A stretch of DNA of 64,000 nt from an uncultured Anaerolineaceae bacterium (GTDB taxonomy: Bacteria; Chloroflexota; Anaerolineae; Anaerolineales; UBA11579), in assembly GCA_964572455.1 (NCBI GenBank), contig CAZNFL010000007.1, positions 1,672 through 65,671 on the forward strand, read 5' to 3'. The notes below the pieces were generated by a model. The model was not told the origin of the DNA. It worked only from the letters and a program-made list of their open reading frames with translations, and made no database searches. Position numbers and translations under genes: made by a program. Shown in pieces: positions 51,834 to 59,957 of the stretch (positions within the stretch are counted from its first letter, which is position 1; every line of letters starts with the position of its first letter).

Positions 51834-52772
51834 ATGAACATGACTAATGTACAAACTTACTCGTTTCGGCCGCGCGCCGACGAAACGGTGCGCATCAACG
51901 GAGTGGCCCTAACCGCGGCTCTCCTGATCTGGCTGGCTAGCGCGGTGGGTTCAATGCTGCTGGCCGTGTCTGCCAAAGAGATCTGGGTGCTGGCCTATGC
52001 GCTGGTCACCCTCTTGGCTGGCTTCTTTGTGTTGTTTTCCCTTAAGATCGCTAAGCAATGGGAGAAGGCCGTGGTGCTGCGTTTCGGTAAGTTTGCCGGC
52101 CTCAGGGGTCCCGGAGTCTTTTGGATCGCCCCGATCGTTGAGACCGTGACGCAGTGGATCGACCACCGCGTGATGGTCTCCCCTTTCCGCGCCGAAAAGA
52201 CCCTGACCAAGGACACCGTGCCGGTGGATGTGGACGCGGTGCTCTTTTGGCTGGTGTGGGATGCCGAAAAGGCCGCGTTGGAAGTGGAGGATTATCGCTC
52301 GGCGATCAGCTGGGCGGCGCAGACCGCGTTGCGCGAAGTGATCGGCGTATTGAACCTGGCGGACATCCTGATCGGCCGCGCCAAGATGGACAAAGATCTG
52401 CAGAAGATCATTGACCAGCGCACCACGCCCTGGGGCATCACTGTGCAATCCGTGGAGATCCGCGACATCGTCATCCCCAAGGATTTGGAAGACGCCATGT
52501 CTCGCCAGGCGCAGGCCGAACGCGAGCGCCAGGCGCGCGTTATTCTGGGAGAATCCGAAATGCAGATCGCGGCTTCCTTTGCAGAAGCTTCGCTATCGTA
52601 CAAAGACAATCCCACAGCCCTGCACCTGCGGGCCATGAACATGCTGTTCGAGGGATTGAAGGAAAAGGGCGCTCTGGTGATCGTACCTAGCAGCGCGGTG
52701 GAAACCATGAACCTGGGCGGCCTCAGCGGCATGGTGGCCCTGGCGCAAAACAACAAGCGCGATAACGGCTGA
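51834..52772 (+). CDS. SPFH/band-7 (stomatin-like) membrane protein
   Basis: N-terminal TM hairpin, then the SPFH core (..VVLRFGKF.G..GPG.FWI.P....V.T.DTVPV.VDAV..W..) and a coiled coil QAQAERERQARVI. Confidence 0.88.
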   Translation: MNMTNVQTYSFRPRADETVRINGVALTAALLIWLASAVGSMLLAVSAKEIWVLAYALVTLLAGFFVLFSLKIAKQWEKAVVLRFGKFAGLRGPGVFWIAPIVETVTQWIDHRVMVSPFRAEKTLTKDTVPVDVDAVLFWLVWDAEKAALEVEDYRSAISWAAQTALREVIGVLNLADILIGRAKMDKDLQKIIDQRTTPWGITVQSVEIRDIVIPKDLEDAMSRQAQAERERQARVILGESEMQIAASFAEASLSYKDNPTALHLRAMNMLFEGLKEKGALVIVPSSAVETMNLGGLSGMVALAQNNKRDNG

Positions 52773-52809
52773 GGCAAAATAGAGTTTCTCGCAGGCTCTA
52801 ACAGGGCAC

Positions 52810-52846
52810 GTTTCACGTGAAACCTGGCTGGCAAAAGGCGCCAGCC
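52810..52846 (+). repeat. Module 1: palindrome GTTTCACGTGAAACCT + stem-loop
   Basis: 16-mer at 52810-52825, then GGCTGGC-aaaaggc-GCCAGCC (52826-52846). Confidence 0.6.
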
Positions 52847-52898
52847 TTAAGAGTTCTGGCCTGCTGCGCAGGCCAAGAACTCAAATCAGAAAGGACCG

Positions 52899-53849
52899 AT
52901 GAAGCAAACGTTAGATCTACGTCGCATTGGCTTGTTCCTCTTTTTTGCCTTTGGCATTGCCTGGGCCTTTGGCTTATGGGTTTATCTCACGGGCGGGCTG
53001 GTCAATAGTCCGGAGCTTATCCCAGGTACAGGCATCACGCTGGCCCTGGCGCTGATCGCCCTGGGTTACATGTGGGCGCCGGCGTTGGCGCACATTCTTA
53101 CGCGGTTGGTGACCCGCGAAGGTTGGAAGGATACTGGGCTGGGACTGCGCCTGGAGCTTTGGTGGACCTGGGCAGCGGCCTGGTTTTTACCGGCAGTACT
53201 TACCTTCCTTGGAGTCGTGGTTTATTTTCTGGTCTTTCCCCAGCACTTCGATGCGGAACTGGGCGCGGTAAGCCAACTCCTGGAAGCGGCTGCAGAACAG
53301 ACCGGGCAAGTCATTCCGTTCAGCCCGTGGACCCTGGTGCTGATCCAATTGGGCGTGGGAGCTTTCATCGCCCCGTTCATTAACAGCTTCTTTACTTTCG
53401 GGGAGGAATTCGGCTGGCGCGCCTATCTGCAGCCCAAGCTGATGGCGCTGGGCTTTCGCCGCGCCATGCTGCTGATGGGTTTGATCTGGGGCGTGTGGCA
53501 TTGGCCGGTGATCGCCATGGGTCACAATTTCGGTTTCGATTATTGGGGCGCGCCGTGGGCCGGGTTCCTGATGATGACCTGGTTCACCTTGACCGCCTGC
53601 ATCATCTTTGGCTGGTTGACCCTGCGCGGCCAGAGCGTGTGGCCGGCGGTGATCGCCCACGCGGCCACCAACGGGATCGCTGCGGCCGGCATCTTGTTCT
53701 TGCGGCCGGACGCGGCGGTCAACCCGTTGTTGGGCCCCGCCCCAGTCGGCCTGATCGCCAATCTTCCATGGGCGATTGTGGCGGCTTACCTGTTTTGGAA
53801 AGGTGCGCCTAAGGATGTTTCAGGCAAGGATGTTTCACGTGAAACCTAA
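52899..53849 (+). CDS. CPBP-family intramembrane glutamic endopeptidase (CAAX protease/Abi family)
   Basis: GEEFGWRAYLQP (EExxxR), GVWHWP, IAHAATNG. Confidence 0.85.
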   Translation: MKQTLDLRRIGLFLFFAFGIAWAFGLWVYLTGGLVNSPELIPGTGITLALALIALGYMWAPALAHILTRLVTREGWKDTGLGLRLELWWTWAAAWFLPAVLTFLGVVVYFLVFPQHFDAELGAVSQLLEAAAEQTGQVIPFSPWTLVLIQLGVGAFIAPFINSFFTFGEEFGWRAYLQPKLMALGFRRAMLLMGLIWGVWHWPVIAMGHNFGFDYWGAPWAGFLMMTWFTLTACIIFGWLTLRGQSVWPAVIAHAATNGIAAAGILFLRPDAAVNPLLGPAPVGLIANLPWAIVAAYLFWKGAPKDVSGKDVSRET

Positions 53850-53872
53850 CCAGACCAAAAAACGGTCTGGTT
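53832..53872 (+). repeat. Module 2: palindrome GTTTCACGTGAAACCT + stem-loop
   Basis: Identical 16-mer at 53832-53847 (it contains the CPBP stop codon), then AACCAGACC-aaaaaac-GGTCTGGTT (53848-53872). Confidence 0.6.
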
Positions 53873-53937
53873 CAGGAGTTTCTAGCGGGCTTCGCCCCGC
53901 TAACGAAACTCCAGGTTACTCCCCATCTAAAGGCAGC

Positions 53938-54855
53938 ATGATTGTAGCCCGCGGGCTCACCAAGCGCTTTGGTAAGCTGGCTGCAGTAGAGGGACTGGAT
54001 CTCGACATCCCTGCTGGCGAGGTGTTCGGCTTGCTAGGCCCCAACGGGGCCGGCAAGACCACCACCATCCGTATGTTGGGCGCGCTGATCGCACCTACGG
54101 CCGGCGAAGCCTGGGTGGCCGGGTATCGGGTAGGCGAGGAGGACGGCAAGCTGCGCAAGTCGGTCGGCATCCTCACCGAGACGCCGGGCCTATACGAGCA
54201 ATTGAGTGCGGAGCGCAACCTGGCGTTCTTTGCCCAAATGTACGAGGTGGAGAAAGTCGACCAGCAGGTCGAGCGCTATCTGCGCATGTTGGGCCTGTGG
54301 AACCGCCGCCGCGAGCCGGTGGGCACTTTTTCCAAGGGGATGCGCCAGAGGCTAGCCATCGCCCGCGCCCTCCTACATGAGCCTCAAGTGCTTTTTCTTG
54401 ATGAGCCCACCAGCGGCCTGGACCCCGAGGCGGCCCACCTGGTGCGGGACTTCATCTCTGAATTAGGCAAAGAAGGCCGCACCATCGTGCTGTGCACGCA
54501 TAACCTGGACGAAGCCGACCGGCTTTGCGACCGGGTGGCGGTCTTCAAGACACGCCTATTAGCCCTGGATTCGCCGCTCAACTTGCGGCGCAAACTTTTC
54601 GGGCGGGCAGTAGTGTTTCATTTGACCAAGGTCAAGCCAGCTTTTTCTGAAGCCCTGCGCCAAAAAGCGTTTGTGCAGGACGTGGAAACGGTGGATAACA
54701 AGTTGGTGGTGAAATTGGACGATCCGGAAGCGCGCAACCCCGAGCTGGTGCGGGAGTTGGTGAGCCTGGGCGCCGAGATCCAATTCGTGGGCGAGAAGCG
54801 CCAAAGCCTGGAAGACGTTTATTTGCAACTGATCGGGGATGAGGTGCGAGCATGA
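53938..54855 (+). CDS. ABC transporter ATP-binding protein
   Basis: GLLGPNGAGKTT, FSKGMRQRLAIAR, LFLDEPTSGLD. Start set at ATG 53938 (MIVARGLTKRFG). The track ORF starts inside the CPBP gene. Confidence 0.9.
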   Translation: MIVARGLTKRFGKLAAVEGLDLDIPAGEVFGLLGPNGAGKTTTIRMLGALIAPTAGEAWVAGYRVGEEDGKLRKSVGILTETPGLYEQLSAERNLAFFAQMYEVEKVDQQVERYLRMLGLWNRRREPVGTFSKGMRQRLAIARALLHEPQVLFLDEPTSGLDPEAAHLVRDFISELGKEGRTIVLCTHNLDEADRLCDRVAVFKTRLLALDSPLNLRRKLFGRAVVFHLTKVKPAFSEALRQKAFVQDVETVDNKLVVKLDDPEARNPELVRELVSLGAEIQFVGEKRQSLEDVYLQLIGDEVRA

Positions 54856-55655
54856 AGAAAATATTGGTCCTGGTGCATAAGGAGTGGTCCGAGGTGTTCA
54901 AGAACAAGATGGTGCTTTTCAGTGTCAGCTTCATGCCGCTGATCTTTTGCATTATTCCACTGGCGATCTTGTTCAGTATGCAAAGCGCTACCGCCAGCGA
55001 TATGAGCGGCCTGGAAGCCGAGCTCGGCGCGGCCTTTGACCGGCTGCGCCCGCTATGCGGGCCGCTAGTGGGGTTGGATTGCACCCAGTTCCTGATCCTG
55101 CAGCAATTCATGGTGCTGTTCCTGATGATGCCGGCCATCATCCCGGTCACCATCGCTTCGTATAGCATCGTGGGCGAAAAGAACACGCGCACCTTAGAGC
55201 CGCTGCTGGCCACGCCGATCACCACCGGACAATTGCTGGCGGGCAAGGCGCTGGCCGCCGCCATCCCGGCGGTGATCGCCAGCCTGGGCAGCTTCCTGAT
55301 CTTTGCCGGCGGCACGGCGCTGCTGGCGGCTAGCCCGGCCGTGGCGCTGCAGCTGTTCAGCCCGCTGTGGCTGTTGGGCATCTTTGTAGTCGGGCCGCTG
55401 CTCTCGCTGGCCGGCGTGAGCCTGGCGGTGATGATCTCCTCGCGGGTCAACGACCCGCGCGCCGCAGAGCAACTGGCCGTGCTGGTGATCCTGCCGATCC
55501 TGGCCTTGTTTCTTGGACAGTTAGCGGGCGTGGTGGTGATCAATCAGGGCTTGCTGCTGATCATCGCCGGGGTTCTGGTGCTGGTGGACGCCGCCTTACT
55601 CTTCTTCGCCACCCGTCTTTTTCAACGCGAATCCATTTTGACGCGATGGAAGTGA
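54852..55655 (+). CDS. ABC-2-type transporter permease
   Basis: Six predicted TM segments. The start overlaps the ATPase stop by 4 nt. Confidence 0.75.
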   Translation: MKKILVLVHKEWSEVFKNKMVLFSVSFMPLIFCIIPLAILFSMQSATASDMSGLEAELGAAFDRLRPLCGPLVGLDCTQFLILQQFMVLFLMMPAIIPVTIASYSIVGEKNTRTLEPLLATPITTGQLLAGKALAAAIPAVIASLGSFLIFAGGTALLAASPAVALQLFSPLWLLGIFVVGPLLSLAGVSLAVMISSRVNDPRAAEQLAVLVILPILALFLGQLAGVVVINQGLLLIIAGVLVLVDAALLFFATRLFQRESILTRWK

Positions 55656-55685
55656 AATCGATTAATCGCTTAGTCAGTTGGTCGT
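55655..55685. repeat. TTAATC-type array
   Basis: AAATCgaTTAATCgctTAGTCagttggtcg, directly after the permease stop. Confidence 0.45.
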
Positions 55686-55708
55686 TTTGAAAGTTTTGTG
55701 GAAATAGA

Positions 55709-56446
55709 ATGAGATCTGTAATTGCGCCCGTATTAGCTGCATTAATAATTTTCGTTGTGGTCGAATCGACTCTGGTTCAGGGGCCAGAACTCGTGTTATC
55801 AATTAATCGCGATTTTGGTTACGGCGGATTCGATAATAAGATCGAAGGATTGTTCAGCTTGCACGCCGCGGGGCCGGATGATCTGGTGCGGGTAGTTTTT
55901 TTCCTGGATGATAGTTTGCTGACCACTGATACTGAACCACCCTTTGAATTTCAATTTTCTACCAATGAATATGCGCCCGGTGAGCATCGCTTTTATGCGC
56001 TGGGCTCCACCGCGGCGGGCGCCGAGCTGCACTCCAATGAGATCGTGCGCGTCTTTATAACCAAAGAGGAATCGGGCCAGCAAGTCATTGGGCTGGTCGT
56101 CCCGCTGCTGGCTGGCGTCGCCGCGGTGGTGGTGATCATGCTGCTGGTGATGACCTTACTTGGGCGCAAGGCCAGCTTCAGCGGCGGCTATGGCATGCTG
56201 GCCGGCGCGGTGTGCCCGCAATGCGGGCTGCCATATGCGTTGAGCTTTTGGGCGCCCAGGCTGGTGATGGGCCGCCTGCAACGCTGCCCACATTGCGGCA
56301 AGTGGGCGCTGGTGCGCCGCGCCCGGCCGGAAGATCTGGCCGCGGCCGAAACCCGTTGGCGCGCAGCGGAGGGCGGGCAGGCGAACGCGGAAGAGGCAAA
56401 AAAACGCGCTCGTCGTCAAATAGACGACAGTCGATATGTAGATTAA
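55709..56446 (+). CDS. Hypothetical membrane protein: signal/anchor, Ig-like domain, TM helix, C-terminal zinc ribbon
   Basis: VVFFLDDSLL.TDTEPPFEFQF.T.EYAPGEHRFYA looks like a bacterial Ig-like domain. TM segment VIGLVVPLLAGVAAVVVIMLLV. Zinc ribbon CPQCG...CPHCG. Confidence 0.5.
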   Translation: MRSVIAPVLAALIIFVVVESTLVQGPELVLSINRDFGYGGFDNKIEGLFSLHAAGPDDLVRVVFFLDDSLLTTDTEPPFEFQFSTNEYAPGEHRFYALGSTAAGAELHSNEIVRVFITKEESGQQVIGLVVPLLAGVAAVVVIMLLVMTLLGRKASFSGGYGMLAGAVCPQCGLPYALSFWAPRLVMGRLQRCPHCGKWALVRRARPEDLAAAETRWRAAEGGQANAEEAKKRARRQIDDSRYVD

Positions 56447-56456
56447 GGAGTTAATT

Positions 56457-57104
56457 TTATTCGTTTGACAGTGAGAGCGGCATTTCCGTCTGGCGCGGGA
56501 TCTCGGTGAGGCGGGTACGGATCTGCTGCTCGATGTGGGCGAAATCTTCCGGGCGGCTGATGATGTTCAGTTTATTGGTGTCCACGCGCAGCACCGGCAC
56601 GCCTTGGAAATAATTGTCGAAGAAATCCTCGTAAGCTTCGTTCAGCGTGGCGATGTAGTCTTCTTCCATGTTGCGTTCGTAGGTACGATCGCGCGTGGCA
56701 ATGCGCTGCATCAGCACCTCAGTGTCGGCGCTTAGATAAACCACCAGATCCGGGCGCGGGATCTTCTCGGCCAGCGCATCGTGCACGTTGTAGTACATCT
56801 CCAGCTCGTCGCCTTCCAGGTTGATGCGGGCGAACAAGGCGTCTTTGGCAAAGGTGTAATCGGTGATCAGGTTCCTGCCGCGCTGCAAAGCTTCAAGTAC
56901 GGTGCGGTTCTGCTGGTGATAGCGGCTGAGCAGGAAGAAAATTTGTGTCTGGAACGCATAGCGGGCGCGGTCTTCGTAGAACTTGGTGAGGAAAGGATTT
57001 TCTTCGAAGACTTCCAGTAATAGTTCCGCCTGAAAGGTTTCTTGCAGCTGCCGCGCCAGGGTGGTTTTGCCCACCCCGATGACGCCCTCGATGGAAAGAT
57101 ACAT
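56457..57104 (-). CDS. Deoxynucleoside kinase (dCK/dGK family), copy 2
   Basis: MYLSIEGVIGVGKTT P-loop, FQTQIFFLLSRY, QRIATRDRTYE lid. Alternative ATG at 57149. The track ORF up to 57431 is antisense to the neighbouring gene. Confidence 0.85.
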   Translation of the reverse strand: MYLSIEGVIGVGKTTLARQLQETFQAELLLEVFEENPFLTKFYEDRARYAFQTQIFFLLSRYHQQNRTVLEALQRGRNLITDYTFAKDALFARINLEGDELEMYYNVHDALAEKIPRPDLVVYLSADTEVLMQRIATRDRTYERNMEEDYIATLNEAYEDFFDNYFQGVPVLRVDTNKLNIISRPEDFAHIEQQIRTRLTEIPRQTEMPLSLSNE

Positions 57105-57207
57105 GCGAATTAGGATACCACGGGAGAAATTCTTGATCTCAATCTCCATTCCTTTCTTCCTGCGCAAAAAAAGGCCCGATGCTATATTTAGTGCAGAGGT
57201 TACGCCC

Positions 57208-58050
57208 ATGAAACGATTCGCTCTTATTTTCCTTGTCCTTGCCCTGTTGCAGAGCGCCTGCTCCTTCTCAGTCGAGCCGACGCCTACTGAAATCATCCTG
57301 CCTACGGACACCCCGCAGGCCACCAACACACCGACCGAAACGGAAACGCTCCAGCCATCTGAGACGCCGACGGACACGTTAGAACCCAGCGAGACCGCTG
57401 AACCCAGCGAGACGCCCACAGAGACCGCCACGGCTACTGAGACTCCCTTTGATCCGTCATCAGCTTACGGGTCCCCGACGATTTTCGATAGCATGGACAG
57501 CGATCGCTATTGGGCCAGCAGCAGCGGGCTGCCGGACGACGCCAACATTCGCCTGGCGTTTGGCGGCGGCGAGCTGCACGTGACCGGCAAACAAGCCAAC
57601 TGGGATACCTGGTGGTTTACCGCCATAGCGCCCAGCGACTTCTTCATTGAGATGAAGGTAGACAGCGCAACCTGCACGGGTAAGCAAGCCTACGGCTTGA
57701 TCCTGCGCGGCCCGACAGCCGCCGGGGTGGATGCGCACGGATATATCTTCACTTTTTCGTGCGATGGCTCCTATCGCCTGGACCGGCTGGATGACACCGC
57801 CCCCTACACCAAGGTCGAGCTGATCGACTGGACCGAGTCTGTCTACATCAACGCCGGCGCAAACAAAACCAACGTGATCGCTATCCGCATGATCGGCGCG
57901 GATATAACCCTGTATGCGAACGGGATCTCGGTTGCTGATCTGGATGACGATGAATACCTGGCTGGCCGCTTTGGCCTGTTCGTCAACGCGGGTGACCCGG
58001 GCAATTACACCTTCGATGTGGATGAGCTGACCTACTGGAACCTGGACTAA
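57208..58050 (+). CDS. Lipoprotein with Thr/Pro/Glu-rich linker and a jelly-roll domain related to the repeats of the 11842..13878 protease
   Basis: Lipobox LLQSAC. Linker TPTETETLQPSETPTDTLEPSETAEPSETPTETATATETP. The C-terminal domain ends FDVDELTYWNL, like the FDNFE repeats. Confidence 0.7.
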   Translation: MKRFALIFLVLALLQSACSFSVEPTPTEIILPTDTPQATNTPTETETLQPSETPTDTLEPSETAEPSETPTETATATETPFDPSSAYGSPTIFDSMDSDRYWASSSGLPDDANIRLAFGGGELHVTGKQANWDTWWFTAIAPSDFFIEMKVDSATCTGKQAYGLILRGPTAAGVDAHGYIFTFSCDGSYRLDRLDDTAPYTKVELIDWTESVYINAGANKTNVIAIRMIGADITLYANGISVADLDDDEYLAGRFGLFVNAGDPGNYTFDVDELTYWNLD

Positions 58051-58053
58051 AAA

Positions 58054-58088
58054 TTAGTTAATCGGTTAATCAGCTAATCAAGAAATCA
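58054..58088. repeat. TTAATC-type array
   Basis: TTAGtTAATCggTTAATCagcTAATCaagaAATCaac. Confidence 0.55.
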
Positions 58089-58116
58089 ACGAGCGCCTAG
58101 TGGCGCTCGTTTTTTG
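58089..58116. terminator. Intrinsic terminator between converging genes
   Basis: ACGAGCGCC-tagt-GGCGCTCGT followed by TTTTTTG. Confidence 0.7.
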
Positions 58117-58128
58117 TATATATAAATC

Positions 58129-58157
58129 GTGACGGAGACTGCTTCGCCCGCAGTGAC
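58129..58157. repeat. Truncated inverted-repeat element, variant A
   Basis: GTGAC-GGAGACTGCTTCGC-CCGCAGTGAC shares the right-hand blocks of 29143-29228. Confidence 0.5.
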
Positions 58158-58164
58158 GAGCTAA

Positions 58165-59952
58165 TTATTTCGCGCTGAGCTTCTCCAACTCATCCACCAT
58201 CCCCGAGACGACATCGAAGCCGCCCTGCCAAAAGGCGGCGTCGCGCATGTTGATGCCGGCCCTTTTTAGAATTTCTTCCGGCGAACGAGAGCCGCCGGAG
58301 GAGAGCAGCTCCAGGTAACGCGGCTTGAACGCCGCGCCTTCCGCCTTGTATTGCTGATATAGGGCGAAGACCAGCAGTTGGCCGAAGGCGTAGGCATAAA
58401 CGTAAAAGGGATAGTAGAAGATGTGGGGAATGGAGACCCATTCCCATTTGAACTCATCGCCGATCTCCAGCGAGTCGCCGAATTGGTTCTTCAAGGTGTC
58501 CATGTAGGCAGAGGAAAGCTCGTCCACCGAGGTACCCTGGCTTACCATCTCGTGCGCTTTGCGCTCGAAGATGGCGAAGTACACCTGGCGCATGATGGTG
58601 GCATACGAGTCATCCACCTTGGCGAACAAAATGTCGCGGCGCACGGTTTCGTCGCTTTCCTGTTCTAGAAGCTTATCCACCAGCAGCATCTCGCTAAAGG
58701 TAGAAGCGGTCTCCGCCAGCGGCAGCGAAGAGTGGAAGTTGAAGACGTTGTGATGCCCGGCCAGCATGGCGTGGATGGCATGCCCGAATTCGTGGGCCAG
58801 CGTGGAGACATCCCGGGCCACGCCGGTGTAATTCAGCAGCACCCACGGCATCAGCGCCGGGTCGGCGGAGGAACAGAAGGCGCCGCCCTGCTTGCCTTTG
58901 CGCGCTTCACTGTCCACGTGGCCTGCCTCGAAAACTCTCTTCGAGAGTTTTTCGAGGCTGGGGTCGAACTCGGCGAAGCAATCCAAGGTCAGGTTGACGG
59001 CCTGCTCGTAGGAATAGCGTTTGTCGGAGCTGGTGACGGGGGCATAGATGTCGTAGCGGCGCAGCGTCTTGGTTTTGAGCAGCTTGGCCTTCAGGTTGAA
59101 GAAGCGCTGGAACACGCGGCTGTTCTCTTCCGAGACGCCCAGCAGAGTGTCCACCACTTCATCGGGAATGTCATTGCTCAGGTTGCGCACCGCGATCGGG
59201 CTGCTGAACTTGCGCAGGTCGATGTTCTCGTTGTGCCAGTCGCGGCTGAGTGCCTGGTAGATCTGGCCCAGGATGGGGCCATCGGCGCCGAAGACGCGGT
59301 ACAGCTCCTGGTAGGCAGCGGCGCGCAGGTCCGGGTTCGGTCCGTAGATCAGCTGAAACAACTGGGCGCGGGTATATTCTTTGGTCTCGCCCTCCACATC
59401 GACCTTGAAGACGTAGCGGTCGGTGAGCGAGCTATACAGGGTCTGCAGCGCGCTGGCGCCGGTGACGTCTTTGATGTTGATGATCTTTTCTTCGAGCTCG
59501 GCCAGGGTGTAGGGCTTGAAGTTGCGCATTTGGCGCAGGTAGTATTCGAATTCGCCGCTGGCCTTCATCAGGCGGTCAGCGGTCTTATCGTCCAGGTTTT
59601 TCCACCACAGGCTGAAAAATAGAGTGCGGTTGCGCAGTTCGGCCATCTTCTGGTCGATCTGCGCCTGGAACGACTGGGCGAGCTGGTTTTGGGTGTCTTC
59701 GGCAAAGAACAAGCCGGCAAACTGGCCCACCCGCCCGGCCAGGCGGCTGTTGGTTTCGATCAATTGCAAGATGGCCAGGAAATCTTTGTCCGAAATATCG
59801 GCGCTGAGCTTGTCGCGCCATTTTTCGATGGCGGCGGCCTGATCTTCGAGCTGTTTGATTGCAGCTTTCATTTCTTTGCTGTCGTGGGCGGGGAACAGGT
59901 CGGCCAGGCTCCAGCGGCCGAGGGTGTACTCTTGGGTCTTGATGGCGGTCAT
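58165..59952 (-). CDS. pepF: Oligoendopeptidase F (M3B metallopeptidase)
   Basis: HEFGH zinc motif; 595 aa; family-typical C-terminus. Confidence 0.92.
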   Translation of the reverse strand: MTAIKTQEYTLGRWSLADLFPAHDSKEMKAAIKQLEDQAAAIEKWRDKLSADISDKDFLAILQLIETNSRLAGRVGQFAGLFFAEDTQNQLAQSFQAQIDQKMAELRNRTLFFSLWWKNLDDKTADRLMKASGEFEYYLRQMRNFKPYTLAELEEKIINIKDVTGASALQTLYSSLTDRYVFKVDVEGETKEYTRAQLFQLIYGPNPDLRAAAYQELYRVFGADGPILGQIYQALSRDWHNENIDLRKFSSPIAVRNLSNDIPDEVVDTLLGVSEENSRVFQRFFNLKAKLLKTKTLRRYDIYAPVTSSDKRYSYEQAVNLTLDCFAEFDPSLEKLSKRVFEAGHVDSEARKGKQGGAFCSSADPALMPWVLLNYTGVARDVSTLAHEFGHAIHAMLAGHHNVFNFHSSLPLAETASTFSEMLLVDKLLEQESDETVRRDILFAKVDDSYATIMRQVYFAIFERKAHEMVSQGTSVDELSSAYMDTLKNQFGDSLEIGDEFKWEWVSIPHIFYYPFYVYAYAFGQLLVFALYQQYKAEGAAFKPRYLELLSSGGSRSPEEILKRAGINMRDAAFWQGGFDVVSGMVDELEKLSAK

Positions 59953-59957
59953 GTGGC

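Noticed and set aside
57105-57431. N-terminal extension of the minus-strand ORF 56457..57431 (MAVSVGVSLGSAVSLGSNVSVGV...)
   Set aside because: It is the antisense reading of the Thr/Pro/Glu-rich linker of the lipoprotein gene on the plus strand. The kinase P-loop begins right after the ATG at 57104.
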